Assembly (NCBI GenBank): GCA_965644315.1
Contig: CBFFRQ010000056.1
Location: 124,001 to 188,000 of the forward strand
DNA: 64,000 bases
Direction: 5' to 3'
DNA from: Caecitellus pseudoparvulus
Taxonomy: Eukaryota > Protista > Bigyra: Bicosoecida
This document shows, piece by piece, positions 47,982-59,900 of the stretch. A program made the translations under genes and the position numbers. Under the pieces are notes generated by a model that made no database searches, was not told where the DNA came from, and saw only the letters and a list, made by a program, of their open reading frames with translations. Numbering within the stretch: position 1 is the stretch's first letter; each line of letters begins with the position of its first letter.

Positions 47982-50900
47982 TCACAAACCTGTGGCGTGT
48001 GAGCCAGGGTACTCCTCTCGCCCGGCAGCTGTGATGTCCACTGGCGCGACATCAGCATTGAGGCCTGCCGCGCCGTACGTCGCACAGCGCAGGAACCACC
48101 AGGCGTGCATGGCCATCTCCAGGAAGGTGTCCACGTCCAGTCCGCCCGCCATGGTGCCATCCTCCTCCACACCATCGGATCCCGCCCCGCTGGGCAGGCC
48201 GCCGGCGCCACGCGGCGCGTCGGCGCCCGCTGCACGTGCAGCGGAGGACAGCACCCAGGCGGAGCTGTGGGCGGCGGCGCGGCTGGCAGCTGCAGGGTCG
48301 GCACCCCCCATCATGGCGCCCAGGACCCCCCCTCCAAGCATGTCCCCGGCACTGCCGCCCAGCGCCGCCTGGCGGAAGCGCGGCAGCACCTCGCTCTCCA
48401 GCAGCACCTGCGCTCGCGCCGCCAGGGCCGGCGTCCAGAAGCTGAATGCCGCGCTGGCCAGGCCCGAGTCTCGGATGCCCAGCGCGATGGCGGTGGGGGA
48501 GTGCAGGGGGCCCAAGGCCGAGGCCCCCTCCAGGGACACGCCCGCCTTGGCCTGAGCCTCGTCGCCGCTGGCAGGAGTTTTGGACCCTGGGCTGGGCGCG
48601 GGCCGAGGCGAGGAGGCCTGCGCAGTGCCCGGCCCCTGCCCCCTGCTGCTGCCCAGCTGCATGTCAGCCATGACAGCAGCTCGAACACGGTCGTTGTCGG
48701 CGTGACTCTGTTCCACGAGGGCAGCCCTGTACCAAGCCCAGTGCGTGTACCCCTGCACGAAGGCGCGGGCCAGCAGGACATCCCCTGCGGACATGAAGTG
48801 GGTCACGTTCACGCCCTCGGCCAGGGCGACCTTGGCGGAGCCCAGGAACAACTGTTCCAAACCGGTCATGGACGCCGGCACCCACTGCGTGCTGGCGCCC
48901 GTGAGCGAAGCGCCCGACGGCGACAGCAGGCCCAGCGCCTGGCCACCGTCACTGCTGCCCCTGCCGCGCGCTGTGGAGGCATCCCCACCGTCCTCCCCGC
49001 CCACATCCGACATGGAGGCCAGGCGCCCGCGAGGCATGGAGGCGGCTCGGCTGTGCTGCGGCGAGGTGCTGCCGCTGAGCCCGCTGAAGGTGCGGCCGAC
49101 GCTCTGGGCACGTGCGTGGCCGCGCCCCCTGCGCCCCTTGCTCATGGCGGTGATGGTGGACACGATGTTCTTGAGGGTGGCGGCTCCGCGGGGGGACCGC
49201 GACGCGGCACGGGGGGACAGGCTGCCACTGCCCGCCTCCTCCTCGGGGCGTGGCTGCAGGTCGAAGAGGCTGGCGCCCGCGCCCACCCAGTCATCCGGCA
49301 GACGGATGCAGGGTGGCAGCACCTCCCGCAGCATGCGCGTGATGCGGCTCCAGGGCAACACCGTCACAGCCGCCACGGTGGGCAGGGCTTCCTGGCTCCA
49401 CAGGGCCCGCGGCGGCAGGCTACCATCCGGCGTCGTGCTCCACCAGCCCGCGTCACGCGCCTCCGCGCTGCCCGCCACTGCACGCCCTGCCGTGCGCACT
49501 GCCTCGCCCTCCCCGATTCCCACCGCGCCGTCGAAGCTCCACAGCACGGCGGCGTACGCGTCTGTCGCAGGGTGGGCCAGCGGCACGCCCCCCCCACTGC
49601 TGCCGCCAGCCGACGGCAGGAGGGGGGCACCCTCCGCATCCTCGCGAGGGAAGCTGCGGCAGGGCAGGGTCAGGCGCCGGGTGGTGCCCAGGGCCTGTGC
49701 TCCGGGCAAGACAGCCATGGGCGCGACGCCGGCGGGCACACCTGCGATGTGCAGGGGGTGGCCCAGGGGCATGCCGGCGAGGGACAGGGAGAGGGGCGGC
49801 GGAGTCAGCAGTGGGCCCACCTTGCCGCGCTTGGACTTGGGGGGCTTCCCGCCGTCAGAGCCACCACCTTCCGCTGCCGCCGCCCCGCCGTCACCCTCCT
49901 CTGCCTCCTCAGCCTCGGATGTAGGGGAGTCACTCATGGCCGCCACTGCTGCGTTGTGGCGGTCACGTGATGCCGCCGCCCCAGACGTGCTCAACTCCAA
50001 CCACGCTGCCGCCTGCACTGTGCCCTGCACTGTCTGCATGGCGGCAGTGTGGGCAGGTGGAAGCAGCAGGCTTGGCGTGGTGGGCACGCGCACTTGCAGG
50101 AGGGAGGTGTGGGCCGACAAGGCAGGGGGGGGCGCCCCCCCCTCACCCTCGTCGCCCTCACCTGCCCACTCAGGGGTGCCACCTCGCAGACCCCCCTCCA
50201 CCCCCTCGGCTTCCGCCCCCGCCAAGTAACTCTGAGCTGCTGCCAGCGCCGCGTCGTGGTCCTGCAAGCGGTGCCGCTTGGTGGCTGACGGCCGCGCTGA
50301 CGTGAGAGACACGCCACCAGACGGCAAGTGCGAGGCGCCAGGCGCTTCCCGCTGCACGACGTTGCCGAACTCGTCCACCACCACGCCGCTCTCCTCGCCG
50401 GAGGCCTGTGCCTGTGCCCGGCGTCGCTGGGCTGCCATCGCAGCACCCTGTGCCGCCAACACCATCAACCGGGCGTATTCAGCCGTAGTGTGGGTCGGGC
50501 TCAAGTGTGGCGCGTTGGCGAAACGCAGCAGCTGGCCCAGGGACACCCACCGCGGGAAGGCAGCATATCCTGGCAGGTGTGACAGGCGATCACCTCGACC
50601 CTGCACAAAGCCACCCGCACGCAGGGGAGGGGGGGGTGCTGACCCCCCTCCATCGCCGGCCCAAGCCCCCCACGCCTGCCGTGGCACGAGCAAGCGCCAG
50701 TGCAGGGACGCACCAGACACGTGCCCTGCGCCCAGCGGCGCCCGGGCCACCGTGACGCTCGTGTCGGTGTGAGGCGACGCGTGTGTCCCCATGTGCGGCG
50801 CCGAGGCTGTGGGCGGCGCGGTGGCCGAGGCAGGTGCGGCGCGGGACGCCCCATGCCGCCCACCCCCGCCAGACCGCAGGGTGAGTGCCGTGGTCATGAG

Positions 50901-53900
50901 GTACAGGTACAGGTTCACCGCCTCCACCTGCACACGCAGGGGTGTGTGGGGCACGGAGCTGGCGCCGGGGGGGATGGGCCCACCCTCGGGGCCAGTGGGC
51001 CCACTCGCCCCGCGAGGACTCATACGACGTCGGCGGCGTGACCGTCCTGCCCGGGCGATCCCCCCTCCCGAGGTGTCGGAAGCCCCCCCGCTGGAGGCCA
51101 TGGACCGGGAGGAGGCGGTGGGCACCAGTGGAGACTGCCACTCCCGGCTGCCGCCGTCAGCTGCTGACAAGTGGGCCAGCACCGCTGACGCTGCCGTGCC
51201 TGCAGTGGCAGTGGGCACACCCATGGCGGGGTGGCTGCCGTCCCACCAGTTCTCTGTCCACCCCGACAGCAGCCCGAACATGCGGGCGCGGGCAGAGGTG
51301 GGCGCGAAGTGCACGACGGCGTTGCGCACTTCACTCATCCACACCTCCTCCAACTCGGCTGGCGTCACAAGCAGGGGCTCATCGGGGACACGGCCCCGGC
51401 GACGAGACGGCGACGTGCTGCCCGAGGCGCTGTCCCGGCCAACGCTGCCCAAGCCTCCTTCTCCACCCTCATCCCCCTCCTCTGGCAGGGTGGACGTGCC
51501 GCCCCGTCGCCGCAGGCGTTCACGGGCCCGCTCACGGGCACGTGCCAGCTGCACGTCGATGTCGCCCTCTCGCACCACTACGAACCGCCCCCCCATCACG
51601 ACGGACACCTGCCGCACGGAGTTGGCGATGTACTTGCGGTAGAACACACGCAGCCAGTACGACAGGACGCTGTCCGTGTACATGAGCGTGGCGTGTGGCG
51701 GCGGCGCCAAAACACCCGGCGCAGCTGATGGCTCCCAAGGCGCGCCGGCGCCCCTCCCGCCAGAGGGCCGACCAGGTGGCGGCGCGTCCAGCCCAGAAAC
51801 GCTGTGGTGCACGCCATGTCGAGTGGCATGTGCATCCCCCTCCCGGGGCTGGGGCCCCGTCGGGGTGCCCTCCCGCTTGCTTGGCGAGCCGCCCCCCCTT
51901 GAGCTGGACTGCCGGCCAGGTACAGTGGTGGTGGCAGGGGTGGGCACTGGCGCCGAGCGTGCCAGCACCACTCCCGGCCACCGGTCCACGTTAAGCGAGA
52001 GCAAAATGCTCTCTGGCCGCACGGCAACGCTGACGCGCAGCTCGGAAGGCGCGATGTCGTCGCCGCTGAGGGGCATGTACCGCACCAGCCACTCGTAGAA
52101 ACGGCCCAGAATGCCATGCAGCGCCAGCGCCGAGACACGAGGCAGTGTCACGCCTGGCGTGTGCCTGGGCACCGCCTTCTGGTGCACTTCCCCGCCTTTC
52201 CGCACGCTGGGGTCTTCAGGCTGCTGTTGCTGCTGGTGCGCAGCGGCGGCAGCGGGCGCGTGTCCAGAGGAAGTGGGTGCGGCGCCCCCCCCAGTGCTGG
52301 ATGCCGGCACCTCCCCACCCACGGGGGTCGGGGCTGGCTCGTGCAGCACACCCACACTGGCGGCCTCAACGGGGTTGTCCACGGGGGCCACGGAGCCCAG
52401 CGCCACCCCGCGCACACCCGGCAAGGGCAGCTCCAGCCGACACAGCGCCCGTGCCCCCGCGGGCAGCGCAGCGTCCACCCCCTCTTGGGCCTCCGCCTCC
52501 CCCAGCGCCACAGCCCGCTGCCGCATGCCGCCGCCGCCCAAGGAGTACCCGTCTGCCTCTCCGTACGTGTCGTGCCCGCCCACAGCCACAGCAGAGCCTC
52601 CTGACTCCAGAGCCAAGTGGAGGGGAGACCGCCCCGTGATGTCCCGCGTGTTGCCCAGCACAGCCCGGATGTGGGCCCGGGCGGCACCAGCGATGTCCCC
52701 AAGGGGGGTGCCAAATGTAGCTCCAGGAGGGGGTGGCGCGGGGCCTGCGGAGGGTGCAGCCGGCGCACTGCCCCGTCGCAAGGCCACCGCTCCCGCCACA
52801 CCCCCCCGCGTCCGCCCCACGATGCTGTCCTCCACCCGGGCAGCCTCCCTGTTCTCCGTCTGCTTCGCCTCAGCCTCGGCACGGGCGAGGGCGGCCCACA
52901 GGATGGAGGACCGCACGAGGACGGCCGAGGAGGAAGCAAATGCTCGGCAAATGGCCGAAGCAACGGCATGCCCATCGTGCGCCAGCATGCCTGCCAGAGG
53001 GGACGGCCGCAGCAAGCCGAGCGGCAGCGCCAGGGCCGCCTCGCTCGACCCACGCAGCAACGGGGGCAGCAGCGTCGCACCGGCTAAGCTCCCCTTCGAC
53101 CCCGGCGCCCCCGATGCACCCATCCACAGAGAGCGCTGCCCCAGCAGGGCACCCATGGCGGCCTCCGGTGCCGGGCGCGGGGTGAGTGAGCCGCTGTCCT
53201 CCACGCCAGGGCGCGAGTGCGCCGCGCTCCACGCCAGATTCCCGTGTTTGGCAGGCGTGCCGTGGCTCGCCCAGCTGCCGAGGGCACTGCCCACCACGCC
53301 AGCGTGGGGCCGCCCATCAGGTGAAACTTGCGCGCTGGGGCGTGGTGAGCTCAGGAAGACGCCTGCGTCGTGGAAGGGCTGCAGAGGCGGTGGCGGCGGC
53401 GCCACGCCCACGCCCAGCCCCCGCACTGCCTCGGCACTGATGCTGGGAGGCGCGCGTGCCAGGGTGGTCAGCGACCCACCTCCAGCTCCAGAGGACCCGT
53501 GTGCCAACGCGTGGCCGCCCTTGGCGCCCCACAGCGTGGGCCCATACTGCGCCGCGACACCCGCCCGGGCCGCAGCAGCCGCTACCGCCCCCACATCCCA
53601 CCCTGGCGGCAGCACCGTGGCGTCCCCTGCCGCAAGTGCAGACGCTCGCTGCAGTCGGTGCATGGCCAGGGAGGTGGCGGTGCGGGACATCAAGTCGGCT
53701 GCCAGGCCCAGGGCAGGGCTGCTACGCAGTAGGCTGGCCAGCAGGGGCGGCGCCCGGGCGTACCCCACGTACAGGGGACTGTCAGCGCACGCCTCCTCCA
53801 CGCCCCGCGCCCGCCCAGGGCCTGCACTGCGCCCAGCCCGGGCACTGCCTGGGCGGCTGCTGGGCGTGGAGGAGCGGCTAACGGAGCGGCTGACGGGGGA

Positions 53901-56900
53901 CACCGCACGCCCTTGCTTAGCAAGTGCTCGTGCAGCCAGACGCAGCCGGCTCGTGGGCCGGGTGCTGGAGCCCGTCTCGGACCCCGCCCGGCTGCCTGCT
54001 CGGGAGGAGGTGTCCAGGACCAGGGGCGCAGCCACACTGCCGGCGGCCTGGCTGCCCACCAGGCTGTCCGCATGTGCCGTCCAGGGCATGTCCAGGGCAA
54101 AGGCGCTGCCTTCCAGGTCACCCCCCGCCTCAGGAGGGGGCGGATCGTGGGCGGCGAAGGGGGGTGTGGTGGGGGCCGCCTTGCCCCCCTCGCTATCTTC
54201 TGACAGCTGCTGGATGACAGTGCTGGAGGCTGTGTGTGCCGCCTGCCCCTTGAGGCCCTGCTTCGGCGCCAGGCGCGGTGCGCCACCCTCCAACATGTGG
54301 GGGGAGGGCGATCCTCGCTCCAGGGAAAAGTGGCTGCCGGGCCGGCCAGGGGAGGAGCCCCCCCTCCGCGAGGCAGGGGAGACTGCCGTGCCAGTCATGC
54401 GCATGGCCGCTTCAGCTGACCTGGCGGCCTCCGCGAGGCCACCCCCGACACCCCCCCCCTGCCGCGCAGAGGCACCCGTCTCCAGGGAGAATGTCTGTTG
54501 GGCCAGGGTCAGGGGCAGTGTGCTGGTGATGGTCATGGCAAGCGCAGAAGCGCCCATCGGGGCTGCAGGCGGCAGGGGCGGGTGCAGGGCGGGCTCCAGT
54601 AGGGGCAGAGGCGCCGCAGCCGTCGTGTCGGGGGGCACGGCCACCGCCTCGCCCATGGACTGAGGGGCCTGTGGCTGGGCGGCAACACCGTAGCCCTTGC
54701 CGCGCCTGCCGCTGCCGCCCTGCGCCTCTGAGGGCTTGCCCTTGGCGCTGGGGCGAGGTGACTTGGACGTGGCAGCAGCGCCTCCCCCGCCACTTGCCTT
54801 GGCGGCGTGGGAGGGCGGCAGGATCTGGGTGGCGAAGGTGGAGAAGGAAAAGCCAGGTCCCGCAGCGGGCACATCCTTGGGAGTGGTCTGCACCTCGCCA
54901 CTGGCGCCGCTCTCTTCCAGTCCAGGCAGGTGGGCCAGCACAGTGGAGGCCGGCGCGCCCATGGCCAGCAAGCTGCGCACCAGGGCGCTGCCAGCCTTGC
55001 CTTGGGTGAGCAGGGGCAGCGTGCTGCCGGTGTCGCTGCGGTGCAGGAACAGTCGGCCCAGGGAGCTGGGGATGTTCCGAGCCACCAGTGGACCCACTGC
55101 GGGTGGCTGCACAGGGAGAAGGGACAGCGGCAACGTCTGCACGGGGACGGGGGGGACACGCCCCCCACGCGGCAGGGGCACCGCCCCCCCCGGCAGAGAG
55201 GCCACCGCCGCGGCCCCACTGCCCGCACCCGCCTCTGCCTGGGTCAACTGCAGACCAGCCGTTGTGACGTGGTCCCCAGTCACCATCCAGGACGCCAGGG
55301 ACCGCGCCACACCCCAGTAGGCGGGGAGGAGGGAGCGAGGGTGGCCTGGCGGCCGCTGCCCGACGGGTCCCCCTGACACCAAGGCATACGTCCACTTGGC
55401 CCCCGCCTTGAGCATGACGGTGGCGAGGGGCGCGTAAGTGTCTGGCGCCGATGCCAGGGGGTGGCATGGGTGCCCCAGGGGGTACTCCATGAAGGCCTTG
55501 CCCAGCAAGGCGGCAGCAGGGATCTGCCGCATCAGGGCAGCTGTGGCAGGGGAGTACCCCTCCAAGGGTGCCGCCCCCACTGCGGCACTGCTGCTCCCAC
55601 CACCACTCGCAGGGGCCGCCCTGCCGCGGTGGCCGGATCTGGAGCCAGGTGGGCCGAGGGGTGGCGCCACCGTCATCACCGTCACGCCCGGGGTGGGCAG
55701 GACGCTCCCCTTGTCAGCGCCGCGCTTGCCACCCCCCCGCACGTCAAAGTGCAGGTCTGGGCTGACCCACTCGCCCACTGCTCCCACGGCCGAGGCCACC
55801 CCCGCCGCCACCTGTGCCCGCCACGCCCCCAGCACAGGGGCCAGGCGCGCCAGCAGGAGGTCCTGCACGAGGGATGGGCCCAGCACCGCCGCGTCCCACG
55901 CCGACACGCCGGCGATGGCCAGCAGGGCAGGCGACCACGCCAGGTCGCTGCCGGCACCGCCCACACTGGGCAGCACGGAGCCAGCGCCACTGGCCTGAGC
56001 CTGTGCCAGGCTGGGCTTGGCATCGCCGTCGTCGCCCTGGCTCTGCGCAGCTGCGTGGGCCAGAGCGACGTCGGCGGCGTCGCTGCCGGGCAGGGCGATG
56101 CCGCCCGGGGGCAGGACGTGGCATGGCCGGCGCGGCGTCCAGGACTGCAGGGCAGGGTCCACGAGGGGCCCCATGAGGTCGCTGGCCATGGACGCCACGT
56201 GCGCCAAGCGCGTGGTGCTGCCGCCACCCCGGGCATGCGCTCGCGGGGGGGGGGCGGCCGCCGAAATGCCTGAGGCGTACAGCCCGGCGCCCTTGCTCGC
56301 AGCGCGGGCAGCCTTGCGAGATCCGGCGCTGGTCGCTGCCACCAGCGCATGCGTCGCATGCCGAGCCCCCAGCGTGCTACCCACACCGCGCAGTAGGGGC
56401 CAAGTGGCGACGCCACTGGGGGCAGCCGCCAGTGTCGCCCACGCCTCACCGGCAGGCAGCAGGCGCAGGAGCGTGTCGAGGCAGGCGTCTGGACGGGAAG
56501 ACAGCGCCAGGCGCAGGGAGGTCGTGAGGGCGCCGCCGCCGCCCGACTTGGTGGCGGCCCGCACGCCGGCTGGCATGGAGATGCCCGCCATGTCCAGCTG
56601 GCTCGCCAGCGCCTCCAGCACGCCGTCCTGCCGCGCGCGGTGCACGGCCGCTTCGTTGACGCCGTCCTGCGCCTGGCCAGGGGCTGCGTGCGCCATGGTG
56701 GCGTGCTCAGCAGACCAAGTGGAGTGTGCGCCGAGACCCGCTGCAGGTGCGACGGTGGAGGGGGGGGGCAGCAGGCCCCCCGGCAGCATGACGCGAGGGG
56801 GTGCCGCCCCCGCTGGACCCCGCCCCAGCACGTGGACAGAGGAGACGGAGTCGCGAGGGGAGGGCGGGGGCATGCCCGCCTCTGCGCCCCCCACACCCGC

Positions 56901-59900
56901 CATGACCATGCCCACCCCAGAAACCCCCGTCGTCTCGGGCGCGAACATGGCACTGCAGGAGGCGTGGGTCAGCAGGCGAGCCACATCCCGCACCGCGCCC
57001 AAATTCACGCCCCCTGCCGGGGACACCGTGGCCAGGTGCTCCGCCATGTACCCACGGCAAGTACTGGGGGTGTCCCCACCCAGCTGCCCTGCCTCCGCCA
57101 CGCGCACTTGCATCTGCACCTGGGGAGGGTGGGCAGTGCTGTACGCAGACAGCAAGGCAGCCGCCGTGGCCGGGCTGGACAGCAACATGCCCCCCTGCAT
57201 GGAGCTGCCCCCCATGCCGACATCAGGGCCAGATACGGCAGCGGCCCTGCCGCCGCCTCCTGCTCCCTCCGCTGCCTCCCTCGCAGACAGCGCCTTCAGC
57301 GTGCCCTGCAACAGAGCCAGCAGGCGCGGATGTGCCGCCAGCAGCATGGCCACGGGCATCTGCGCCACCTGCTTGGCGTGCACGCTGACCGTGGCGGGGT
57401 TCGTCTCCCCAGCCCGCGGTGACGACTCTGCCGTGCCGCCCACGGACCTGGCTCCCGCAGCACCCGCCCGCCCGCCACGCACAACCATGCCCAGGGCCAT
57501 GTTCACGACGTGGAACACTGCCTTGAGTGATCGGAACATGTGCTGGCGGTGGACAGCCTCAGGCGGCGCGCCAGCCGTGATGGGCGCATGCCCCGCCACA
57601 TCCAACGCGCGGGCGCGGGGCGTGGGCCCATGTCCCGCACCACTCCCACTCCCTGCAAACGCCTGCTGCAGCTGCGGAGTCACGAGCGGGTTGTCCAACT
57701 GCTGTGCAGGGGAAAAGAGACCACTCCACGCGGCATTCCCCGCCGCCGCGCCGCCCCCACTCACAAGGCCCTGCAACGCCACAGCGTGGTCCACTGTGCC
57801 AGCTGACCACGTCGGCAGCAACACCCGGAGACACGACGCGAGGTCTGCGTTGCCCAGGCCAGTGGGCAGCGCGGGGGGTGAGGGGGGTGCTGCAGCCCCC
57901 CCCAGCAGTGCCTCCAGTGGCGCAACACCCAGGGCCACGCTGGTGCCGCCTGGAGCTGGACCTGGGCCCTGCCCAGTCCCCGTCACGGCAACGCCCGTGT
58001 CCCCACCCTTGGCCAACTGCCGCGTGCTGGGGCTCACCGCCACGCCCGTGCCGGGGGACGCCGGCACGCCCATAGTGAGCAGGCGAGACGGCGTGACGGC
58101 CCAGTCCCACCCCGCAGGGCGCAGGGCAGCCAGGGACGTCGCCTGCATGTACGCTGCGTCGCTCTCGCGACGCGCACGGGCCACTGCCATGGAAATTACA
58201 GCGTCCCGGCGCACACGCTGCGAGGCCAGCTGCCACCGCATGCGGTTCACACGGGACTGCAGGCCGGCGTTGCGGGCCTGCAAGTCCTCGATTTCCGCAC
58301 GCATCATGCGCGCATCAGTGGCCAGAGACGTCACGTCCCGCACCACCATCTGGTTGGCCAGGAAACCCGCCAGGGGCTTGGCGGCCAGGCGGCGGCCTCG
58401 TCGACGGCGCCGGCGCCGCATGCGCGTGCCGGAGGGGCCGTGGGACCACACGGTGTCGCTGCTGTCACTACCACCGCCGGGCGAGTCCGAGTCACTGGGT
58501 GGTGCGCCCTGCGACGAGTCGGTGTCAGAGGAGTCCCACTGCGCCATGGCGCGCCGCTTGCCCACTGCGTACCGATGCCGCCCGCCGCGCCGACCACGGT
58601 ACACTGCCAGCAGCTGCTCCCGCGGCGTCTTGTCCGACCAGCCGATGGCACCCTTGGCGCCCCCTGTGGAGCCTTCGGAGTCTGTGGACTCCAAGTCACC
58701 GCCTGCTGCGTTGCCGCGCTTGGCAGCCGTGCGCTTCTTCAGGGACCGCACGTACTCCCGCGCTCGCACTTCTTTCAGGGCGCGTGCCCGAGCAGAGTCG
58801 GCCGGCAGCTCCGCCAGCTCTGCAGCGAACTTCGACGTCGTCTCGGAGTGCTGCCGGATGTTCTGTGCGTGTGCCTTGAGCGCAGTGACGGCAGGGGTGG
58901 GCATGCTCTGGCCGCCGCCGCCCGCCGGTGGTGGGCCCATGTGCCGCCTGGAAAAGCCGCCCTTACGCGAAAACTTGAAGCCATCAGCATGTGCAAGCAG
59001 ATGCCTGGCATTTGCCTCGTCCACGTCCGCGTCGTCCGCATCTGCGTCCGCCGCCAGCTTCAGTGCCTCCTCCTCATCCAACACGTCGCCCAGCCGCCGA
59101 AGCAGGGCGTCGTACCCTGCCACGCGCCTCGCTTCTGCGAGCAGGGGACGTGCTTCAGGCACCATGAGCATGCCTTGTGCGACGAAAGGCACGTGGGGGC
59201 CTGCGGCCGCTGCGGCAGTGGCAGCCTTGCTTTGCGCGACGCGACCTGCCTCACGCAGGCTGGCTTCCCGCTCCGCCTCACTGCGGCCCTGCACATCAGC
59301 TCCCACATGCACACGGCGCACGCCAAGTGCCCCTGCCGTGCGGGAACCCACCATGCCCAGCGCGGCAGCTGCTAGGCCGGGTTTGCCGGCGGCCTTTCCG
59401 TCTGTTTCGCCGCCCTGCCACACGTCGGAAACGACCGCTGTGCCGCCGCCCGTGCGCACCATCCACTGCCCATCGTCGCTGTCTTCCCCAGGGCCAGGAG
59501 TGCTGACAGAGGAGATGCTGCCAGAGGAGCCAGAGCTCCAATCCTCGGGCAGACGCCCGCCATTCTCAGCCACGACGGCCACTTTCACGCGCTGCCGCTG
59601 CCGTCGCTTGAGCTGCTTGGCAGCAACCAAACGGGCCCGCTTGCGCTCTTTGCGTGCCTCTTTTGCAGCTGCGGCGGCTTCCTGGTCCACTTCACGCTGC
59701 TCCTCCACTTGCTCCCAGTGAGACGCCAGTGTGCCGAACTCGCCCTCCCCTCGCACCAGCGCATTCTGCACGCGGCCGAAATTCACGAGGGGCGGCGCCT
59801 CCTCGCCCTGCCGCACCTTGGCAGGCGTGTCCTGGGCTCCCATGACAACTTGCAGGCGCTGCACACCCATGGTGTCAGCGGAACGCAGCAGGACCTTCAC